Assembly: GCF_009914755.1 (NCBI RefSeq)
Contig: NC_060928.1
Reading direction: 5' to 3' (one strand)
DNA: 64,000 bases
DNA from: the human T2T-CHM13v2.0 reference genome, Homo sapiens
Shown: one piece after another, positions 55,030 to 64,000 of the stretch
Layout: each line of letters begins with the position of its first letter
How positions within the stretch are numbered: the stretch's first letter is position 1
Notes under the pieces: generated by a model
The model's database searches: none
Seen by the model: the letters and a program-made list of their open reading frames with translations, nothing else
Told to the model about the DNA's origin: nothing
Made by a program: the position numbers and the translations under genes

Positions 55030-55260
55030 CGCCACATATGGTCTGTGGATTTAGGTGTCAAAAACCGGAGAATTAGAAATGGTAATTTTCCGTCATTATG
55101 GCTGAAATGCGATCTGTCACAACAACTGGAACATGTCTCCGCGCTAGCGAAAATAATGTTCGTGATTAGGAATCATTACGCACGTCAAGCCGAGTCCATT
55201 AAGTTGTAGGGAGAAATTAGCCTTGACGGGCAGAATCAAACTACAAATACACAGGCCTCG
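55030..55260. promoter_or_regulatory. Candidate conserved developmental enhancer
   Basis: About eight TAAT/ATTA cores, TALE-type CTGTCA (55114-55119) and AGGTGTCA (55053-55060) in a lower-GC pocket within GC-rich DNA. Confidence 0.5.
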
Positions 55261-55714
55261 CCTTCAGGAGGCCAAGCGGCGGCACTCGGGAGGAGGCAGC
55301 CGGAGTCGGTGTTTTCTTAATAGGAAACTGTCCAGAGAATTAATACTCCCTTCCCCGCACCCCTGTGGGATTCTCCCCTCCTCTTCCCACAGCCTAGTCC
55401 CCACCCTAGGAGTGGGAGGGGGCGCAGAGGCGTCGCAAACATTAACTGGAGGCTTTGAAGTCCCACAGGTCCCCCGGGCCAGTTCCCGCCTCACCAATTC
55501 CAAGCTGTGTGACCCTGCCCAAGTCACTTGACCCTCCTGAACTTTGCTTGCTGCTCTGTAAAAAAGGTATAATCCCACACACTTCATGGGTTCTCCCCAG
55601 GATTCACCGAAAGGTATGGTCAGTGCAAGCACGTGGAAACCGCAGAATCTGTTCAACCTTCTTTCCTTTCCTGGAGCTCCAGTCTCTGCCTTACCCTGGT
55701 GAAGTGGTGGGGAC

Positions 55715-55718
<4 letters not shown>

Positions 55719-55760
<42 letters not shown>
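55719..55760. repeat. (GT)21 microsatellite
   Basis: Counted directly. Confidence 0.97.
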
Positions 55761-55761
<1 letters not shown>

Positions 55762-58562
55762 GGGGCTGAAGCATTGGGATTGAGTGCCCAGAACTGGGAA
55801 ACTTGCCAATCAGGCATTGAGCAAGGAGGCCAGAATCTCTGAAACTGAGGAGGGTGAGCACGGAGCAACTGATGTGCCTTGCTGGGCCTTGTACCCTCCT
55901 TCCTGTCACCCCAGGTAGGAGGAACGGCCCTGGGTCCTCCGCCTTGCCTGTGAGGCCCGCCAGAGCTACCTGCACACTAGGATCTGCACTGTCACCAAGG
56001 AGTGGCACGTGGTAAATGAAGCCAGGATTAAAAGCCTTCCCTTTCAGGCTGCTGCCCCGGTCTCCACTGGAGACAAAAAAAAAAAAAAAAAAGCCATTTA
56101 CTATTCACAGTAGGGAGTTTTGGAAAGATCATCTCCCTCTTCTGCAGATAGGAAGGAAGGGAAGAAGAGGCTGAGCAGGGTCTAGAAAGGCGGGTTCCAT
56201 CCAGCCTTGTGTGCCTGATCATCTTTTAAGAGCTTGCTCTGTGCCATGCACCCACTCCAAAGGGCTTTAACTACGTTATCTCCTTTTATCTCCAAGCCAA
56301 CCTATGAGTCTCCTTATTCCTTGGGGAGAATGAGGGCCTGAGTTTAGGGAACTCCTCCAAGGGTCTGGAAGCTGGGAAGAAGCAGAAGTGGAAGATAAGC
56401 CTGGCCCTGCCACCAAAGCCTGTTCACCACTCTGCCATTTGGAGCTGCAAGGCTTCAACCCACCAAGTCTTCTATCTGGCTTTTTCATGGTTCCTATGGG
56501 CCCTCAAATTCCACCTCTCAAAGGGCTCAGGAAAATGAAATGCGCTAAAGGTAAAACATTCAGCTCTGTGCCTGACATAACATTGATGCCCATTTAGTCA
56601 CTTACTCTCTCCGGGCCTCATTTTTCTCCTGTGTAAATGGTACCCTTATCGCTGCCTGGGGAAACCAACGCACGTGTGGCCCGCGCTGAGTAGTTTGGAG
56701 CCAGACAGACTAGGTTCGAACCCCAGCTCCACCGGAAATAGCCGCGGCCAGGGTAGTGTTGATCCCCAAAGTGGGGTAATGGAAGTTGAGCTGCTGGAAG
56801 GAATGAATGAAATAATTCATGGAAAGCACTTACTGCAGGACAGGAAAGCGATTAGGCGCTAAATAAAGCGCTGGTTACCAGGATGCAAAGATTGGCCCGC
56901 ACAGGCTTGGAGGTTTGCTGCCCAGGGAGAAGGAGAAGCAGCTCTCAGGCCCTTTCGGCAACTTCTCGGCTTCCCTTGCATCTCTGAACGTTAGTGATCC
57001 GGACCTCAGATCCGGTTTCCGAGGGCGCCAGGGTCCTAGGGCTGAGGTCCATTCAAATGCTTAGGCGACTCTGCCGCAGGCCTCCGGAAGAGGCCCGGTC
57101 GTTAAGAAAGGGGGCGGGGTAAGGAGGAACGGCTAGCACCTAGAGCTGGGGCCTGGCCTCTGCCCCCACCGCCCTGCCTTTGGCAACCAGCGAATCAGGA
57201 CTGAAACGTAGGGACACAGAGGGACAGAGACTAAGTCCAGGATAGCGACGATCAGTCAGGCAGACATGGAGACAGAGAGATAGTGACATGGCCTTAGGAT
57301 CGGCAGCCACGAAAAGCGCTCTTACAAACATCTGATATTCCAGTGACCTTCCTTCACTAACTCCCTAAATAATACTGCGCCTCACAGGCGCTAATCCGCA
57401 GCATATTTTATTTTTCTTTTGGCACTGCCATTTCTTGTCTCCCACTAGACTGTAAACTCCACCAAGCGGGCAATCTTTCTTCTCTGCATCCCTGGCACAG
57501 AGTAGGCTTTCAGCTACTTTTGCTGAATATCTGAGCACTAAATAAATGAACGAGCAAAGAAAGAAGGAAAGAGAGAACAGACAAGGATTTCACAACAAAG
57601 ATTTTTCTCTTTAAAGAAATCTCTGTTTACGCATTTCCTCGGAGCTCATTGTTGAGATTTTCCCCTGGCTGGCCACCTTTTGAAGGATAGGACTCCAATT
57701 CTCCTTCCTGCATCCTGTGGCCACCTTCCCAATGTGTGCTTGGCTTGAATTCTCCTCAGGCCTGAGCCCTGACAGCAGGGCTCAAGCCTCTTATAAATGA
57801 GACAAGTGTATTTAGGAAGTGCCTCACTGCAGGCAGTATTTCATGGAAAACAATTAATAATATAAATAAAATATTAGACATCTTAGGAAAGAATTGTTTT
57901 TAAAAATTCTTCTGCAGATTCTTTTGGACAGAGGGAATGCCCTGGAAAATGAAGCTCCCCCTCAATGTATTTCTTTTCTAAACCTTAAAAGCCTATATAT
58001 TGAATTTATTTTTAAACCACAATTGCAGTTGCAGATGGGATACACATAACCTATTACTTCAAAGAAGGTTTCCAGTGGGGGCTGACTTCTCACTGTTTGG
58101 GCTGTTGTTACAGTCTCTCCACACTTTCTGTCCACCTCTTACCATCTTCGTAAATATATTTTTTAAATGGTACATGTCCTTGTTTAACTTTGCAAAACTT
58201 ATTATCAGCTAGGCTACAAGTATTTAGTGGTGCCAAATACTCAAGAAGCATGTAATTCTTTCACTACCCCATCTTTGTATTTGGAAACGGAGGTATTCAT
58301 TTTTTCAGCAAAGAACTGTGAACTAGGTCTTCAGGAAAGCCTGGCTCCAAATCCACCTCTGTTTCAATGGGGATTTTTCAGGAGGAAGCTTTCATTGCCT
58401 TCCCTCTTGAGAGTATCAAAAAGATGTCAGGCCTGAGTCACTGGGTTCAGCTTTTCCAAATGATTGCTCCTGGACGAGTCATCAGCTTCTTTTGCCTCTC
58501 TGACTCTCAGGGAATCAATACTACCTGCCTTCAGATTCAAGAGAACTGGCGGCGGAGAATCT

Positions 58563-58886
58563 GTTTTGTGTTTGTTTGGTTTTTTTTTTTTTTTTTGAGG
58601 TGGAGTCCGTCCAGAGTCTTGCTCTGTTGCCAGGCTAGAGTACAGTGGCACGATCTCGGCTCACTGCAACCTCACTGCCTCCCGGGTTCAAGAGATTCTC
58701 CTGCCTCAGCCTCTCGAGTAGCTGGGACTATGGGCACACACCTCCACACCCAGCTAATTTTTGTATTTTTAGTAGAGACGGGGTTTCACCATGATGGCCA
58801 GGGTGGTCTCGATTTCTTGACCTGGTGATCCTCCGTCCTAGGCTTCCTGGAGTGCTGGGATTACAGGCGTGAGCCACCGCGCCCGC
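58563..58886 (-). mobile_element. AluS (Sc-like) SINE with TSD
   Basis: Antisense dimer; ggagaatc on both flanks. Confidence 0.93.
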
Positions 58887-60399
58887 GTGGAGAATCCATT
58901 CTTGAAACATAAAATGCTTCACGTAGGAATATTTCATCTGAAAACATTTCAGGGCTTATTATGTGTCAAACCCTGCGCTGGAAATCCAGAGAGCAAGAGC
59001 AATTGCTGGAAAACAACTATTCCAACATGCAGCACTGGCTTAAGCTCATGATCCCAATGGGTACGGGGGTCTAAATCCCTCTAGCCTCAACAAGGCATCT
59101 GGGAGAAGCTGCTCTGCCAGGACCCCAAGAGGTCTAATCCCCTCCCTCACCTTACCTCCTTTCCTCCCCCTCCCTGCACCCCCGCCCCCCACCCGCCCCC
59201 CACCCACGCCTCGGCCACCCCAGCACAGTCCCCCACTCCACTGCCAGCCACAGCCACTCCCAGGGTGTCTTCACACACCCCAGCTGCCACACTGCACCAC
59301 AGTATCTTTCCAATTTTAAAACCATTTTCCAATATGAACCTGAAACGGGGAGTGTGTTTTCAGGGACCTTGTTTTTCAGCCCTTAGCTGGTCAGGGGAAG
59401 TTATGTGCATTTTAATGCGGTCAAGTATGAAATGATGGCATATGAGGTTTGCTCCCTGCCTAGGCGCCAGGAAAAATTCTGAGGGCTGAGGCCGGAGAAC
59501 TTGACCCAGAAACAAGCCTGGCTCTTGCGTTGGGCCTTTGCCCCCCAGGACCCGCCCCCAGCAGTCCAGAAGAACAAGAATGAGAACTTGGCCAGGCTTG
59601 GAGACTGCTAGCTGGTCGTGCTGCCCCCACACCAGCTTTGCAAGGGTCTCCAGGCCCTCAGAGGGGTAGGTAGGAAAAGGTGTGATGGCAACAGACATAG
59701 ATGAAGCTGAAGGATCCTGGCCTTATTCGTGTGTTCTTCCAGTATGGTTTGGACGCCAAAAAGCAACAAACCCCGTGCTAGATGCGCTGTGGCGGTAGTA
59801 AGTGTATGAGGTCCCATCCCTGTATTCTCAGAGGTCCCTAGGCCAGACAGCACCAGAGCCCGACACTGAGCCCAGGTGATAAGGGTCAGGACTCTGGGAC
59901 CTGCTCAGGAGGGACTGTTAGTTCAAACTAGGGGAGTGGGTGACTCAGTGAAGACCTAAGACCTGCAAATCAGTACCTGAAGGCATATGGAGAACTTGGC
60001 CAAGTGAGGTCCTCCCTGCAGCCCGCTCTCTCTATCTGCTCTGCCCCGGAACGTCTTTTTCTTTCTCACCACCTCTGTGTGGGTGTGTCTCTAGCTTCCT
60101 TTCTCGCAGTCCTAGGGTCCAAGAATGCATTGCTCAACTTCTCCGGAAAAGAGGAGGGGCAGTGCCCCCGGCCTCCTCCGCAAACAGGGATTCCTAGAAG
60201 CCAGTCACCTTGGTGACAGCTCTGCACCCCATCCAGGATGCACACGGAGGACGTCCTGCTGCAGCCTGACTTTGGCAGGAATACTCTCGACCCGTTTGTG
60301 AGCAGGTTTACTACTTGGTTTTTGAATTCTCAAGAGCATCAAATCCATTGACGCCCTTCCCAAAAACACAAGCCAAAAGGAAGTAGACCGGCACAAACC

Positions 60400-63200
60400 C
60401 CAGGCCTGCCGATCCCTCGAAGCTTCGGGGACAATTCAGGGCCATTTATATGGTCACCCAAGCTCCTTAGCGACCTCTGAACCCACGCAGCCTGGTAATC
60501 TCCAATGGCCACAGTCCAGCGTGCGGCGCACAATGAGGTTGGACCGCTGGGGGACGCTGAGGTTCCGAGTTGGCATTGTGGGCATTGCCCAGCCACTCCT
60601 GCCCGGCCAGGTCCTCTGTGAGGAAAGCGGTGGCACCCCAGCGCGCTTGTGCTTGTGGGTGTTGGTGCGCAATCACCCAGCTGCCCAGCTCTCCCGCGCC
60701 TCCCTGGGAGGCCTTGGTGCGCACAAGGAAAGCCACTCAAAAATGTTAATGAGCTTATTAAAATGAGCGGCTTTATTGGCTCTCGTTTTACAGCGGGCTG
60801 CCCACCCTCTCTTTCTGGTGGACCACTGGCGAGAACACACTTGGGATTTTTTTTTTTTTTTTTTTTTTGTCTTAGCGCGTTTTTCATCTAAGGACAGGGG
60901 ACTCTCCGGTTCTCCAGAGACTGGTGCGGCCACAGAGGAGGATTAGCCTCAGGCCTTCTCCCTACCGAGCGCAGTGAGTTTGAAGTCCTCCCCGAGGAAA
61001 ACCTGGACTTTCCGAAACAGCTGACCGCTCAGGCCCAGGAAGGCTGATGGCGGAGGCCCAAAGATACAGTGACCTTCCTGGGGAGATCTGCGGGGCAGCA
61101 ACTTGGGGCGACCCAAATCTTTAAAATAACAACCCCCCGACCCCCGCGCGCAAACAAAAATTGTGCTCAGGAAAGGCACGACTCAATATTTAAAGTAAAA
61201 AGCCTTTGTCCTTTACTCCACTACAAGCCAGAGGTGAGTCTGAACTCTAACCGTTACTCAGGAGTCTTACAACTTTTTTTTTAATGGGGGCCCAGAGAAC
61301 AGAAGTTAATTGCCTAAAATTCACCAAGTCAGTGGTAGAGCTGCCTCAGACCTGAGGAGCCCGCTCAGGTCCTCAGGCGGCCTTACTCTATGTACCTATG
61401 GGGTCTTTGAGCCCCATTCGACCACCTCCCACTCAGGCAGCAGAGAAGTTTCCACATCGTGCATCCTCCCCCTAGGCGCAAGGGCACACACCAAGGTCCT
61501 AAGGAGAGAGGCTGAGTGTAGCCACAGAAGGGGGCCGGGACAGAGACGGAAAGAACTCACCAAAAAGCCCCCCAGGTCCGCAGCACAGAACCCAGCGCCG
61601 GATCCTCATGCCGAGAGTTTAAAGTCGAGATTGCAGAAGCAGTGCGGATTAATGCAGGCGCTCACAGGGGACCAGGAGGGCTGCAGAGACTAGGTGCTCT
61701 TGGCTCCGCGGGCGCACAAACCGCAACTGCTGGCGGCACCAGGGACTGCGAGCAGGGGCATGGAGTGGGAGGGAAAGCTGAGGAGAGCGGGCTTTGAGCC
61801 TGGAGAACTCGTCACGCACGTTCACGCAAGCTTGGAGGAAACATTTGAGCTCAGGAGCGAGCTTACCTCGCGGGAGGCTCAAGGGAAGGTGACACCCTCA
61901 CTCCCGCAGCTACCGTGCGTTCCCTTTAAACCGTTAAATTCCAACACGAACAGAGTGGTGCGTTTCGCAGTGGCCGCAGATTCCGGGTCGGCTCTGGGTG
62001 GCCAGAAGCCACGCTCCTACCTTTCCCCGACCGCCTCCAAGCAAAAAGCAGAAACGGCAGGACTCAAGGTGGAGTGCGGGGCTGCAGGACCATTTGCCCA
62101 GTTCTTACATTCCAGAATTGCCCCACATTTAGACTTTTGACGTTTTCTTCATAGCAGGCACAACCTCAGATATACACCCAGCATGTTTAAAAGCAATTTA
62201 TGGTTCAACTTAAACCTATACCCCACACTAGACCACCCCTGCCTGCAGGGGCCTGGGAATCAATCTTTTATAAATGCTTTAATAATTTGAACGACCCAAT
62301 TTATGTTGAATAACTCCTGTATGTGACTACAAAACCCCCTGTTTATTAGGTGATGTAAGCATGTATAACACAACACAATTTTTTTGCACCGTACTTTGGC
62401 ATTTCTTCCTTTCTAAAACGTATCGGGAGAGCAAAAACTGGCAGAGGCCAGGGCCTCTAGACCTTTGAGAGATCCTAAGCTCAGCAACCTACAGGACCCT
62501 TGCAATCCCCTGAAGGACACAGGAGTTCGAGGCAGATTGCTTTACGCCAGCCAATCCAGCATTGCCCAGAAGTTCATAATAATAATAATGGTAAAAATAA
62601 CAATGAGCTCATACCAGTTGTACAGTGTTTGATGGTTTTCAAAATGTTTGCACACTTTTGTGATCTGGCCATTCCAGAAACAAAGCTGGCAGATGCCAGC
62701 ACTAAAGGACAATCTACCCTGCCATACGCTTTGGACTACCATGACTTGGCTTCTAAATGAACTGCGGCAATGGATAAGTTACATCACCTCGTTAAGCCTC
62801 CGTTTCCCCATTTGTAAAATGGATGTCATGTGCACCAGGCTACAGGGAGCCTCTGCGAACCGGATCCGAACAGGATTTGGAAACGCATCACCTGTAACGT
62901 TCCAGACAAAAGAATGGAGTTGTTTTTGTTGTTCTTCTTATTGTTCAATATTGTTTGGTTGCTCCCCCGGCCCTCCCTCGGATTAGAAGCCTCTGCTGCT
63001 GCTTCCTTCGAGGCTGCGGTCGGGCCTTCACCCATCGCGGTGGTTTCCGCAGCAGCTGTGAGCCCAGAGCGGTTGCAACCAGCGGCGCAGCTACCTGCCT
63101 TCAGCGTTTTCCGACTTACAAAGCACCACCAAGCATTTGGCATCTCTTGGAGACCCCACGCAGGTCTGTGCGGTTGCCAAGTAAGGTGGCTGGCAGGCTG
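60400..63200. promoter_or_regulatory. Further CpG-rich patches (~60500-61150, 61600-62100, 62850-63200)
   Basis: Local CpG retention with no coding exon. Confidence 0.6.
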
Positions 63201-64000
63201 AAGTGGGTGGCCTGCAAGGTTGAAGCCCTGCAGTACCAGGGCAGCTGCCTGGGCCCTTGCCTGGATCTGCCACGCTTCTGGGAAAGAGTGCTGCCCAAAC
63301 GCCCCTTGTTCCTCCGTTGGGGTCCAGGAGCTCCTTCGACAGTTCCCCGGTTTAGGAGAACTGTCTGATTCTCTCTGTTGTTCATATTCCCTCTGCAACG
63401 CAGGAGCCTTTCTGTAAAGCGAGTTAAACCTCTTGAACTTTGCGTTGAGAAAGCCATATTCCACATTTTCTTCCCAAACACGGACTGAAATGTGGGTAGA
63501 GGAGAGTGGATTGTTGGCCTGGCTGGTGCTGAGCTCCAGCGGCCGGTTAGGGAGTTAGAGCCCTAGAACCCCCGCTTGGCAGGACTTCTGAAGACCCGGG
63601 ATGAGGTTCTGCCTTTATAGGATGCTCAGTGTGCCATTGCCGGGGTCTGCTCCAGAGCGCTTCCCTGAGAGGAAACCAGGAGCCGGCATTCAGCACACTC
63701 CCCACTCCTCAAAAGCCCCCAGATGTCACCCTTCCACGGGCCCAGTTTCTCAGGGTTCTGGGCACTGACATGCCTGAGCCCCAACTCAGAGGGCAGGCAC
63801 TTGTGTTTGAGCCCGATTACAATCTTCTCGAATGATGCTTCACTGTCACCCTGTCACCTTTACCAGCGTGGGGGAGCAGTGAGGGTGCTGGGATTCGGTG
63901 CAGCCTGGAAACCATTTATTTTCTAAACCGGAACCCAGTCTCAACTCAGCCTGCTCATCTAAGATACTCTCTGGCGATCCAAGAGGCCCTCATACCCAAT

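Larger units (their letters stand above)
52000..57100 (-). ncRNA. Probable spliced lncRNA locus (recalled as LINC01097); boundaries approximate
   Basis: Position is recalled synteny, not proven here. Sequence support: GC box ggggcgggg at ~57111, minus-strand donors at 56878 and 56833, strong acceptor at 56068-56067, AATAAA (minus) at ~52086-52091. Confidence 0.4.

Noticed and set aside
62826-63464. 212-aa ATG-initiated minus-strand ORF
   Set aside because: No homeodomain or other motif, so it is not NKX3-2. Overlapped by opposite-strand ORFs. A positive PhyloCSF or ribosome-profiling signal would be needed to revive it.

Overview
Primate genomic DNA, most likely human; not prokaryotic. It is Alu/L1/MIR/MaLR-rich, with spliced exons and CpG islands. 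The only protein-coding gene I can support is RAB28 (ciliary Rab GTPase, minus strand). Its coding exons 1-3 are at 9759-9833, 5116-5212 and 4-92 with canonical GT-AG junctions, and the gene continues beyond base 1. The window has four zones: (1) 1-10.6 kb, AT-rich Alu-free RAB28 introns and its CpG-island promoter; (2) 10.6-40.5 kb, dense old transposon remnants; (3) 40.5-48 kb, repeat-poor AT-rich unique sequence with homeodomain/TALE motif clusters; (4) 48-64 kb, a chain of orphan CpG islands. From recalled synteny (not visible here) this is the 4p15 RAB28-NKX3-2 interval, with NKX3-2 just past the right edge and a lncRNA (LINC01097) at roughly 52-57 kb. I found no convincing new biological system. 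The best leads are regulatory: an RFX X-box and a strong-Kozak uORF at RAB28, an orphan plus-strand exon with a perfect branch point, and candidate NKX3-2 enhancers. Repeat subfamily names and boundaries were judged by eye and are approximate.
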